NCBI GenBank assembly: GCA_036172315.1
Contig: JASFBC010000158.1
Location: forward strand, 2,045 to 66,044
Length of the DNA: 64,000 bases
Direction: 5' to 3'
Source of the DNA: Anaerolineae bacterium
GTDB taxonomy: Bacteria; Chloroflexota; Anaerolineae; B4-G1; DUEL01
Numbering within the stretch: the stretch's first letter is position 1; every line of letters starts with the position of its first letter. The notes under the pieces are model-generated. The model saw nothing but the letters and a program-made list of their open reading frames with translations, had not been told where the DNA came from and ran no database searches. The position numbers were made by a program, and so were the translations under genes. Below, piece by piece: positions 45,407 through 55,820 of this stretch.

Positions 45407-45757
45407 CTACAGCATCATCCGCATCGGCTGAAGGGTGCGGGTGAACGGATTCAGGACCAATCCCAGAATCTCCAGGGTCACCGTGCCCAGAAGAGGCTCG
45501 TCGCCGGGCTCCCCCAGGATGACCGGCGTATGCCCTTCCCCTTGAGGAAGAATGATGTAGCATTCCCCCACTCTCCGCTCCACCGTTGTCCCGTCCGCCA
45601 GGGTGAACACGGCCGTCCGGCGAGGGGAAAGCCCGATGGCGGGCCAGACTTCGTAGGGCACCAGGGTGTAGGTGGCGCCGCTATCCACCAGAAAGCGGAC
45701 CTCCGCCTCTTTGCCCTCAGGCCCCCGAACGACACCGTTCACATAGATAAGCCCCAT
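45407..45757 (-). CDS. Retropepsin-like (clan AA) single-domain aspartic protease
   Basis: MGLIYVNGVVRGPEGKEAEVRFLVDSGATYTLVP (DSGA active-site motif) .. ILGLVLNP; about 116 aa. ATG 45757 is preferred, since the longer ORF overlaps the oppF-like gene. Confidence 0.7.
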   Translation of the reverse strand: MGLIYVNGVVRGPEGKEAEVRFLVDSGATYTLVPYEVWPAIGLSPRRTAVFTLADGTTVERRVGECYIILPQGEGHTPVILGEPGDEPLLGTVTLEILGLVLNPFTRTLQPMRMML

Positions 45758-45768
45758 CCCCCCAATTG

Positions 45769-46752
45769 CTACACCCGATGACAGGCCACCCAGTGGCCCG
45801 GTTTCACTTTCCGGTACTCCGGGTCCACCTCGTAGCAGATGTCCATTGCCACCGGACAGCGGGTGTTGAAGTTGCAACCCTTAGGCGGGTTGGCCGGGCT
45901 GGGGATTTCGCCCTTCAGGATGATGCGCTGCCGTTTCTCCTCAATCTCCGGGTCCGGAACCGGTACCGCGCTCATCAACGCCTGGGTGTACGGGTGCAGC
46001 GGGTTCAGGTAAATCTCGTCCCGGTCGGCCAACTCCACAATCTTGCCCAGGTACATCACCGCCATCCGGTCGCTGATATGGCGGACCATGCTCAGGTCGT
46101 GGGCGATGAAGAGATAGGTGAGCCCGAATTGTTCCTGGAGGTCCTCCAGCAGGTTAACCACCTGGGCCTGAATGGAGACGTCCAGTGAGGAAATGGGCTC
46201 ATCGCAGACAATCAAGTCGGGATTCAAGGCCAGAGCGCGAGCGATGCCGATGCGCTGCCGCTGGCCGCCGGAGAACTCGTGGGGGTAACGGTTCACAAAG
46301 TATGGGTTCAGCCCAACCACCCGCAGCAACTCCTGTACCCGCTCTTCCTTCTCCTTGCCCCGGGCGACGCCGTGGACCTCCAGCGGCTCGGCGATGATAG
46401 ACCCCACCGTCATCCGGGGGTTCAGGGAGGCATAGGGGTCCTGGAAGATGATCTGCATCCGGCGGCGCATCCGGCGCAGTTCGCTGCCCTTCAGTTTCAG
46501 GATGTCCACCCTATCAAAGATGATCTTGCCGGAAGTGGGCTCGTAGAGGCGCAGGATGGTGCGCCCCACGGTGGTCTTCCCACAGCCGGTCTCACCCACC
46601 AGCCCCAACGTCTCGCCTTTGTAGATGTCAAAAGTGACGTCATCTACTGCCTTGATGTCACCGATGTGCCGCTGGAAAATGACCCCCCGGGTGATGGGGA
46701 AATACTTCTTTAAATGGATGACCTGGACCAGAGAAACTCGCTCGGCGGCCAT
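45769..46752 (-). CDS. Opp/Dpp-type ABC transporter ATP-binding protein, OppF-like
   Basis: Walker [10 protein letters not shown], signature [15 protein letters not shown], Walker [13 protein letters not shown]. The C-terminal oligopeptide-ATPase extension has CxxRC. Its start overlaps the upstream stop (TAATG). Confidence 0.9.
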   Translation of the reverse strand: MAAERVSLVQVIHLKKYFPITRGVIFQRHIGDIKAVDDVTFDIYKGETLGLVGETGCGKTTVGRTILRLYEPTSGKIIFDRVDILKLKGSELRRMRRRMQIIFQDPYASLNPRMTVGSIIAEPLEVHGVARGKEKEERVQELLRVVGLNPYFVNRYPHEFSGGQRQRIGIARALALNPDLIVCDEPISSLDVSIQAQVVNLLEDLQEQFGLTYLFIAHDLSMVRHISDRMAVMYLGKIVELADRDEIYLNPLHPYTQALMSAVPVPDPEIEEKRQRIILKGEIPSPANPPKGCNFNTRCPVAMDICYEVDPEYRKVKPGHWVACHRV

Positions 46753-47744
46753 TATCGGCTCCTCCCTGCAATCTCTTCCCAGCGCCAGCAGGCGACCAGA
46801 TGATTCGCTCCGTCCGCCTCTTTGAGAGACGGCCGCTCTTCCACACACCGATCCACCGCATACGTGCAGCGGGGGACAAAGGGACACCCCGGCGGGAGGT
46901 TAATCAGGTCGGGCGGGAGGCCAGGGATGGAGATGAGTTTGGTCCCCGGCGCCTCATCCAGCCGGGGCAGCGACCCCAGGAGGCCCATCGTGTAGGGGTG
47001 GCGGGGCCGCTTGTAGATGTCTTTGACGTTACCCCGCTCAATGATGAACCCGGCGTACATTACGTTGATCCGCTGGGCCAGCCGGGCCACGACCCCCAGG
47101 TCGTGGGTAATCCACATCACCGCCATGCCCAATTGCTCCTGAAGTCGCTTCACCAGGTCGATAATTTGGGCTTGAATCGTTACGTCCAGGGCAGTAGTGG
47201 GCTCGTCGGCGATGAGGAGTTTGGGATTGCAGGAGAGGGCCATGGCGATCATCGCCCGCTGACGCATACCGCCAGAGAACTGATGGGGATAATCATCCAG
47301 GCGGGTCTTCGCTTCCGGAATACCCACCATAGTCAACAACTCTTCGGCCCGCTCCCGGGCTTGTTTATCGTCCATCCCCTGGTGGAGTTTGAGGGCTTCC
47401 ATAATCTGGAAGCCGATGGTGAAGACAGGGTTGAAGGAGGTCATCGGGTCCTGGAAGACCATCGCGATCTCCGCCCCGCGCACATGGTGCATCTCGGCTT
47501 CGCTCAGTTTAAGGAGGTCGCGCCCGTCAAACCAGACTTCGCCGCTCTCAATCCTTCCCGGGGGACTGGGGATCAGGCGCATAATAGAAAGGGCGTGGAC
47601 GCTCTTGCCACATCCGCTCTCGCCAACCACGCCCAGAATCTCTCCCTCCTCCATCGTATAGGAGATACCGTTGACAGCGTGGACGACCCCGTCCTGGGTG
47701 TAGAAACGGGTAACCAGGTTTCTGATGTCCATCAAGATGGCCAT
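46752..47744 (-). CDS. Opp/Dpp-type ABC transporter ATP-binding protein, OppD-like
   Basis: Walker A GESGCGKS, signature [15 protein letters not shown], Walker [16 protein letters not shown] is GAGGAG-N5-ATG at 47744. Confidence 0.9.
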   Translation of the reverse strand: MAILMDIRNLVTRFYTQDGVVHAVNGISYTMEEGEILGVVGESGCGKSVHALSIMRLIPSPPGRIESGEVWFDGRDLLKLSEAEMHHVRGAEIAMVFQDPMTSFNPVFTIGFQIMEALKLHQGMDDKQARERAEELLTMVGIPEAKTRLDDYPHQFSGGMRQRAMIAMALSCNPKLLIADEPTTALDVTIQAQIIDLVKRLQEQLGMAVMWITHDLGVVARLAQRINVMYAGFIIERGNVKDIYKRPRHPYTMGLLGSLPRLDEAPGTKLISIPGLPPDLINLPPGCPFVPRCTYAVDRCVEERPSLKEADGANHLVACWRWEEIAGRSR

Positions 47745-47775
47745 AAAAACTCCTCGTTCTCTGGAATGGGACGGC

Positions 47776-48033
47776 TCACACAAGTTGCATCAGCATAGGG
47801 TCATAGCGCCAGAGCACCAGGCTACCGGCGAGGTAGAAAGGGGGCGCGAAGATCCTCTCAGGTCGCCGGGGCGACGGGGAATAGAAGGTGGGATATTCCT
47901 CGGGGGCAAATCGGGAGGCCAAGGAGGCGATGCGCCGACTCAGCCGCTGCCAGATACGCGGAGAGGGCTCCCGATGTCCCCATTGAGATTGGAGTGATTG
48001 CGCGATCAGGATGTCCAGCCCATCCATTCCCAT
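47776..48033 (-). CDS. Putative anti-sigma factor / small membrane protein
   Basis: Begins 6 nt after the sigma-factor stop (MGMDGLDILIAQSLQSQWGHREPSPRIWQRLSRRI..) and has one hydrophobic segment (FAPPFYLAGSLVLW). The call rests on position only. Confidence 0.4.
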   Translation of the reverse strand: MGMDGLDILIAQSLQSQWGHREPSPRIWQRLSRRIASLASRFAPEEYPTFYSPSPRRPERIFAPPFYLAGSLVLWRYDPMLMQLV

Positions 48034-48038
48034 CGGAC

Positions 48039-48632
48039 CTATGTCAGTTCGTACACCACACCGCGCCGGGGCTGCCACTCCGCCAGGTGTTCTCTCAGTG
48101 CCTCTCGCCCATAATGGAGACGAGATTTGACCGTCCCCTCCGGCACTTCCAGAATTTCGGCGATCTCTTTCAGGCTTAGCCCTTCCAGGTAGTGGAGCAC
48201 GATCACTACCTGCTGGGGAAGGGGGAGAGTGCGGATAGCCTCCCGGACCTTTTCCTGAATTTCCTGCTCCTCTACCGTTCCTTCCACGCGGAGGGGAGCA
48301 GCCCAGCGCTCTACCAGTCTACCCAGCAAGACCGACCAGCGTTGCCGGTGGTGCACCCAATCGCAACTCAGATTGATGGCCACCCGGTAGAGCCATGGCC
48401 CCACCGGAACATTCGAATGAATGCGGTCGGCATGGGTGAGGAGTCGAACGAAACACTCCTGGAGAATGTCCTCTGCGGCTCCCTGGTCCCGGGTAATCGC
48501 CAGGGCGGTGCGGAAAATCGGTACTTTATACCTCTCGTACAACTCGGCCAGCGCGGCGGTATCTCCCTGACGCAACCGGGCAACCAGCACACCATCCGGA
48601 ACGGCCGATTGATCGGAAGTTTGAGATTCCAT
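48039..48632 (-). CDS. ECF (sigma-70 family) RNA polymerase sigma factor
   Basis: Region 2: YERYKVPIFRTALAITRDQGAAEDILQECFVRL. Region 4: LPLPQQVVIVLHYLEGLSLKEIAEILEVPEGTVKSRLHYGREAL. ATG 48632 is preferred over TTG 48665. Confidence 0.9.
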   Translation of the reverse strand: MESQTSDQSAVPDGVLVARLRQGDTAALAELYERYKVPIFRTALAITRDQGAAEDILQECFVRLLTHADRIHSNVPVGPWLYRVAINLSCDWVHHRQRWSVLLGRLVERWAAPLRVEGTVEEQEIQEKVREAIRTLPLPQQVVIVLHYLEGLSLKEIAEILEVPEGTVKSRLHYGREALREHLAEWQPRRGVVYELT

Positions 48633-48690
48633 ATATAATACCGCGTTGAGAGGCAGAAGGTTCAAATCCCGTTCGGAAAGGAGGGTGAAA

Positions 48691-48729
48691 GGGGATTTTG
48701 CGGCGGCCCGCGGCTACCGCAAAATCCCC
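48691..48729. other. Perfect 13-bp stem-loop between the Nudix gene end and the sigma gene start
   Basis: GGGGATTTTGCGG-N13-CCGCAAAATCCCC. Confidence 0.7.
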
Positions 48730-48766
48730 GTCGGTTCCATCCCGTTATCGGATGTATAGCATTTTA

Positions 48767-48795
48767 AGTATACCACACCTTACGGAACGACGCAA
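48767..48795 (-). promoter_or_regulatory. Candidate promoter reading toward the ECF sigma gene
   Basis: Minus strand TTGCGT-17-TATACT. This would place the 48691-48729 hairpin in the leader. Confidence 0.35.
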
Positions 48796-48824
48796 CCGGG
48801 ATTTTCCCGAATGGCGAACCCCCC

Positions 48825-49502
48825 TCAGCCCCCGGGCTTCGGCCCGTATCCCATTACTACCCGGAACGCCCGCGCCGTGAGGACAAGGCGAAGGAGACAT
48901 CCGGGTGGCAATTCAGAGGCCAGGTCCAGCCCCAGGCCAGGGTGCGCCTGGATCGCTTCCAGCGGCCATTCGGGAGCATCCAGAAATTCGGAAAGGGCCC
49001 CCGGGGTGACTGTCAGCAGGCCGAAAAGGTCGCCCCGGCGGGGACGGCCCAGCGGGCGGCCCAGGAAGGTCACGATCGCCAGAGCGTCCGGCATCTCAGG
49101 GCCGCCCAGTTGGGGCGGGAGGAGATTGACGATGTAGGGGCAGGCCGCCGATTCCGGCAGGCCGGAGGCGGCCTCCAAATAGCCCGCCACCTGCCACTCG
49201 TGGAGCAGGACGGTATGGGGCGGCATCTCCAGCGCCACATCCACCCCCAATTCCTCCCGCACCTCCCGCCGCAGGGCAGTCAGGGTGTCCTCTCCGGCCT
49301 GCAGGCGGCCGCCGATACCGCCGATGCCCACCGAAAGGGTGCCGTCTGGGCGGCGGGCCCAGTAGCGGGGGCGCTGAACCTCAAAATACCAGGCGTCATC
49401 GTCCCGCAGAAGGACCGAGACGCCGATCAGAGCAATCCGTCGCCCCGTTAGTAACGGATGGGCGCCCTCCAGGGCTGGCATCAGAGCAAACAGGTCAGGC
49501 AT
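48825..49502 (-). CDS. Nudix hydrolase family protein
   Basis: Nudix box GGRLQAGEDTLTALRREVREELG. ATG 49502 (MPDLFAL..) abuts the upstream stop. Confidence 0.75.
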   Translation of the reverse strand: MPDLFALMPALEGAHPLLTGRRIALIGVSVLLRDDDAWYFEVQRPRYWARRPDGTLSVGIGGIGGRLQAGEDTLTALRREVREELGVDVALEMPPHTVLLHEWQVAGYLEAASGLPESAACPYIVNLLPPQLGGPEMPDALAIVTFLGRPLGRPRRGDLFGLLTVTPGALSEFLDAPEWPLEAIQAHPGLGLDLASELPPGCLLRLVLTARAFRVVMGYGPKPGG

Positions 49503-50257
49503 CAGAGATGATTCTGGATGAACCGGTAGGTCTTCTCGGCCACGAACTCCCATTCGCTATCCACGGTGATGCAGTGGCCGGAATGGTGCAGGGGGACCAG
49601 TTCCTTATCCCAGGAGCCCGCCCGCTCATACGTGTATGGGCCGCTGCGGGGGTGGATGGCCCGGTCCAGGGTGCTGTAGATGACCAGTAGCGGGCAGGTC
49701 ACCCGAGGGAGCAGTCGCCGCACCCGGAGGAGCAGTTTCAGCAGTTCGTGGGCCGCAAAGACCGGGTTCTCCTCGTAACTCCAGAGGCGCAGGTCCGCCT
49801 CCGGGTCGGTCAGGTCCTTGTCCGGCGATTTGGGCCGCCGGGGGATGAAATATTTGAGGACGGGGGTCAGGTAGATGAGCCGGTCGGCGACAATGGTCGC
49901 TGGGGAATAGGCGACAGCGCCGGGCAATTCCGGGTGGTGGGCCGCCAGGTAGAGAGTCAGGAGAGCCCCCATAGAGAGTCCACCGACAAAGACCTTCTCG
50001 CATCGGGCGCGCAGGTCGGTCAGCGCCTTTTCCACGTGTCCCGTCCAATCGGTCCAGCGGCAGCGATTCATAACTTCCACTGTCGTCCCATGGCCGGGGA
50101 GAAGAGGGGCGTAGACGGTGAGGCCCCGCTGATACAGGTAATCCCCTATCAGGTGCATCTCCGGCGGGGAGCCAGTGAAGCCGTGAATGAGCAACATGCC
50201 GACGGGTCCGCCTTCCAGCAGAAACGGTGAAGGGTTCAGATAGGGATGTCGGGTCAT
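49502..50257 (-). CDS. Alpha/beta hydrolase (carboxylesterase/lysophospholipase-like)
   Basis: LLIHGFTGSP, nucleophile elbow GLSMGA, and a late His (HHSGH). Confidence 0.85.
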   Translation of the reverse strand: MTRHPYLNPSPFLLEGGPVGMLLIHGFTGSPPEMHLIGDYLYQRGLTVYAPLLPGHGTTVEVMNRCRWTDWTGHVEKALTDLRARCEKVFVGGLSMGALLTLYLAAHHPELPGAVAYSPATIVADRLIYLTPVLKYFIPRRPKSPDKDLTDPEADLRLWSYEENPVFAAHELLKLLLRVRRLLPRVTCPLLVIYSTLDRAIHPRSGPYTYERAGSWDKELVPLHHSGHCITVDSEWEFVAEKTYRFIQNHL

Positions 50258-50276
50258 TGGAATCTCCGTTATTAGG

Positions 50277-50313
50277 GCGGCACTTCGCTGCGCTCCGTGC
50301 CTGACTACGAACT
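50277..50313 (+). repeat. R2 dispersed repeat (monomeric copy)
   Basis: GGCGGCACTTCGCTGCGCTCCGTGCCTGACTACGAAC shares CTTCGCTGCG..CTGACTACGAAC with 32249-32345 and the GGCAC/GTGCC hairpin with 25051-25140. Confidence 0.65.
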
Positions 50314-50315
50314 GT

Positions 50316-51290
50316 CTACCCACTCAGCCCCACTACCAGCAGGTCCAGCGCGGCTTCGGGGGTTATGTCTCCCGTTTTGATGGCCACGTCCAGGTCCAGC
50401 AGATACCGGTAGATGCGCTCCAGTTGGGGGAGGGTGAAATTGGCGCTCTGGGCGTGCAGTTTCCGGGCAACAAAGGGATGAATCCCCAGCCTCTGGGCGA
50501 TGGACGCGGGGTCCTCCCCCCGCCCGGTCAGGTCTTTCACCATAATGATCAGACGGAACTGGCGGATTACCATTGCCAGAATGCCCATCGGGTTCTCCCC
50601 GGCGTCCAGGAGCCGGTGGAGGAGGATGGCCGCCTGTCGGCCCTCGCGCTGGCCCAGCGCGTCCACCAGGTCAAACACCACTGCCTGCTGGACATAGGGG
50701 ACCAGTTGCGCTACGTCCTGGGAGGTGACTGCCCGCCCGGGACCGGCGTAGATGACCAGTTTGGCGATTTCGTTATTCAGCAGGCGCAGGTCGCCGGGGC
50801 CGATAACCTGGGCCAGATGAACAGCGGCTTCCCGCTCCATTTCTCCGCCGTGGAGGCGGGCGCGCGCCTGAATCCAGCCAGGGAGCGCTTCCGGAGAGGG
50901 GGGCTCAAACTGTCGGACGAACCCCTCCTCTCGCCCGGTGGCGTATTTCAGGACCGGGTGGTCGTCGGGGAGGGGGCCGTCCTCTATAAAGACGAGGCGG
51001 GTTGTCTCCGGGAGGGTCTGGAGAAGACGGAGCACCCCTTCCAGGAGCCCCCGCTCTTTCCCGCGCCCCAGGCGGGTCAGGAGACCGGTGACCAGCACCA
51101 GCCGCCGGTTGGCCAGAAAGGGCACCGTCTCGCAGGCGCGGCGGAGTTCCTCCAGCGTCACTGTCCGCCCATCCAGGTGAACGGTGTTCAGTTCTCCCAG
51201 TTCCCCCATCCGGCGGCGCAGATCGGCGACCGCCTCGCTGCGGGTGAACTCGTCGCTGCCGTGGAGGATGTAGAAGCGGGGGCTCTCCAT
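50316..51290 (-). CDS. holA: DNA polymerase III delta subunit
   Basis: ..FYILHGSDEF...; ..ACETVPFLANRRLVLV..; a C-terminal helical domain. ATG 51290 is preferred. Confidence 0.7.
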   Translation of the reverse strand: MESPRFYILHGSDEFTRSEAVADLRRRMGELGELNTVHLDGRTVTLEELRRACETVPFLANRRLVLVTGLLTRLGRGKERGLLEGVLRLLQTLPETTRLVFIEDGPLPDDHPVLKYATGREEGFVRQFEPPSPEALPGWIQARARLHGGEMEREAAVHLAQVIGPGDLRLLNNEIAKLVIYAGPGRAVTSQDVAQLVPYVQQAVVFDLVDALGQREGRQAAILLHRLLDAGENPMGILAMVIRQFRLIIMVKDLTGRGEDPASIAQRLGIHPFVARKLHAQSANFTLPQLERIYRYLLDLDVAIKTGDITPEAALDLLVVGLSG

Positions 51291-51330
51291 TCTCCGTTTT
51301 CTATAGGCTATGCAGGGGCGGGGGCAATGG

Positions 51331-51355
51331 AGGGGCAACCACAAAGGTTGCCCCT
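51331..51355. repeat. R4 hairpin AGGGGCAACC-acaaa-GGTTGCCCCT overlapping a stop codon
   Basis: 10-bp perfect stem. The CTA (= TAG stop of the upstream minus-strand gene) lies in the ..CCCCTAC tail. Confidence 0.75.
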
Positions 51356-51857
51356 ACCCGGTGTAGACGCGGTGGAGAACCATCGGGCCGCGCTCCTCCC
51401 GAACCACGGCCACCACGCGCAGGTCCCCCACGCGCGGGTTCGTGGTCAGGGAAGCCTGCAGGGCCAGCCCCAGCCGCTGCCCCAGGATGAAGCCCAGGGT
51501 GGTGATGAGGAAAACCGTCGGCAGGCGGCCCAACCATTCCGCTAGGCTGCGGCGGCGGGGAGAGAGGACGAGAAACGCTCCCAGACCGGCCAGAGTCCCA
51601 GCGGCGACGGCGTTAGTGCCGCAGGTGGGATGGACCGCCAGATAGCGTTCGCCGGCCCGCAGCCGCTCCAGCGCCTCCTGCACGGCCTCCTGGACGGCGT
51701 CGGTCGGAAGGTCGCCGTAGAGGATGAACCCGTTGGGGGTAGACCGCCCCATCACGTGCAGGTCCCGGTAGCGGCGGGAGAGGACGTGAATGGTCGCATG
51801 CTCCAGGGCATGATTTCGCCGAACCCGGTCTATCAGTGGATGATCCAGAAAACCCAT
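51354..51857 (-). CDS. Small membrane protein of unknown function with an HxxxH ... HPxCG motif
   Basis: MGFLDHPLIDRVRRNHALEHATIHVL .. LAVHPTCGTNAVAAG .. and two C-terminal hydrophobic helices. RBS is GGAGG-N5-ATG. Confidence 0.6.
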   Translation of the reverse strand: MGFLDHPLIDRVRRNHALEHATIHVLSRRYRDLHVMGRSTPNGFILYGDLPTDAVQEAVQEALERLRAGERYLAVHPTCGTNAVAAGTLAGLGAFLVLSPRRRSLAEWLGRLPTVFLITTLGFILGQRLGLALQASLTTNPRVGDLRVVAVVREERGPMVLHRVYTG

Positions 51858-51867
51858 GATCGCCTCC

Positions 51868-52605
51868 TTATGGCGCCTCCGGTTCCCTGTAGCGCGAGGG
51901 CACTTCTGCCGGACGTGCAATCACGATCAGCCGGAAACGGGTGCTCCCATAAGGATGACAGGTGACCAGCGTTACCCGTTCGTCATCGGTCGGTTGGATG
52001 TAGCGGGCATTGGCCTGTCGGACTTCCAGCGGCTCTCCGGCTTCCGGCAGCAGGAGCACCTCATCCACCCGATACAGGAAGGGCAGGTAACTGGAATACA
52101 GGATGAGGGGGTCGCCGGGCTGGACCTGGTACAGGAAACGGAAGGGGCCGTTCTCCGGCCAGTTGTGACCGTTGAGGACGGTGTTGCCCGGCCGCCCCAG
52201 CGGGGCGGAGGTTTCGTGCCAGCCGACAAGGGGCGCGTCCGGGACCACCCACACCGAATGCTGGACCTCGGCCACCTCCTGCATTTCCCAGTGGGTTGGG
52301 ACAATGGTTGCGTCTATGCCTGCGGAGGGGATGACGAGACGGGTGGGAGGATAGATGGCCGGGGTTGGCGTGGGAGTAGGGGGGAGCGGAGTCGGCGTCA
52401 GGGTGGGAGGCGATGGGGCCGTTGGAGGGGGCGTCGGTGCCGCCGTATGGGTCAGTGTCGCCGGGAGCGGCGACGGGGAGGCCACCGGCATCCCGGATAC
52501 CAGGTATGGTCCGGCCACGACCCCCCCGGCCATCAGCAACAGCATCCCGAGCCAGATCAACAGGCCGGGTGTACCGTTCCGATTGGAGGAGGTTCGGTCC
52601 AGCAT
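51868..52605 (-). CDS. Sortase-family transpeptidase
   Basis: N-terminal TM helix, PT-rich linker, catalytic His (LNGHNW), TLVTC motif (VTLVTCHP) and a conserved Arg (RLIVIARP). Confidence 0.8.
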   Translation of the reverse strand: MLDRTSSNRNGTPGLLIWLGMLLLMAGGVVAGPYLVSGMPVASPSPLPATLTHTAAPTPPPTAPSPPTLTPTPLPPTPTPTPAIYPPTRLVIPSAGIDATIVPTHWEMQEVAEVQHSVWVVPDAPLVGWHETSAPLGRPGNTVLNGHNWPENGPFRFLYQVQPGDPLILYSSYLPFLYRVDEVLLLPEAGEPLEVRQANARYIQPTDDERVTLVTCHPYGSTRFRLIVIARPAEVPSRYREPEAP

Positions 52606-52629
52606 GATCTCTCAACAGAATGGGGGGCT

Positions 52630-52668
52630 CTTCCTGCCCTTCCTCACCCCACCTCCGGCGGCTTTGCC
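52630..52668 (-). repeat. R3 repeat, partial inverted-orientation copy
   Basis: The reverse complement reads ..GGCAAAGCCGCCGGAGGTGGGGTGAGGAAGGGCAGGAAG, matching the GGGTGAGG..GGAAGGGCAGG tail of the copy at 55569-55640. Confidence 0.55.
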
Positions 52669-52689
52669 GTCATCGGGAGCCTCTCCCTT

Positions 52690-55452
<2,763 letters not shown>

Positions 55453-55568
55453 AGGCGCTCCTCATCTGAAAAGCGAGTTTCGCGTATTGTAGTCTAAAGG
55501 GGGGAAACTGTCAACTTTCGGGCGCCGGAGGTTCGGACGCGGGTTGGAATACAGGGCGGGTGGGGGAT

Positions 55569-55615
55569 CCTCACCCTACCCCAGCGGCTTCGCCGCCCGA
55601 AGGCGGCGGGTGAGG
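55569..55615. repeat. R3 hairpin copy
   Basis: CCTCACCC-taccccagcggcttcGCCGCCcgaaGGCGGC-GGGTGAGG, followed by GATGAGGAAGGGCAGG. Confidence 0.75.
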
Positions 55616-55720
55616 GATGAGGAAGGGCAGGTCTCCATATCAGGCGTGGAACTTCCGAACCTGCTCCGACGTCTAAAAGGGTAGACTCGCCCTGGCTCAG
55701 AGCAGGGATTTCCGCACAAC

Positions 55721-55752
55721 CTGTAGATCTCTACAGTAGACATTCCTGTCTA
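55721..55752. promoter_or_regulatory. Two adjacent perfect palindromes overlapping the A2M promoter (candidate operator)
   Basis: CTGTAGA-tc-TCTACAG (55721-55736) immediately followed by TAGACA-ttcc-TGTCTA (55737-55752). Confidence 0.45.
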
Positions 55753-55765
55753 TTCGTGATATACT
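55737..55765 (+). promoter_or_regulatory. Candidate promoter of the alpha-2-macroglobulin gene
   Basis: TAGACA-17-TATACT, about 55 nt before ATG 55821 (RBS AAGGAG). Confidence 0.4.
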
Positions 55766-55820
55766 GTTAGTGCCAATCCGTTTCTTTTTTTCACGCTTCG
55801 CGTCTGCGAAAGGAGCCGCT

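Noticed and set aside
48659-48669. GGTTCAAATCC, a T-loop-like motif that might indicate a tRNA.
   Set aside because: The flanking bases cannot form a T-stem (GAAGG versus CCCGT), and no acceptor, D or anticodon arms can be drawn. It lies at the 5' edge of the sigma-factor ORF.
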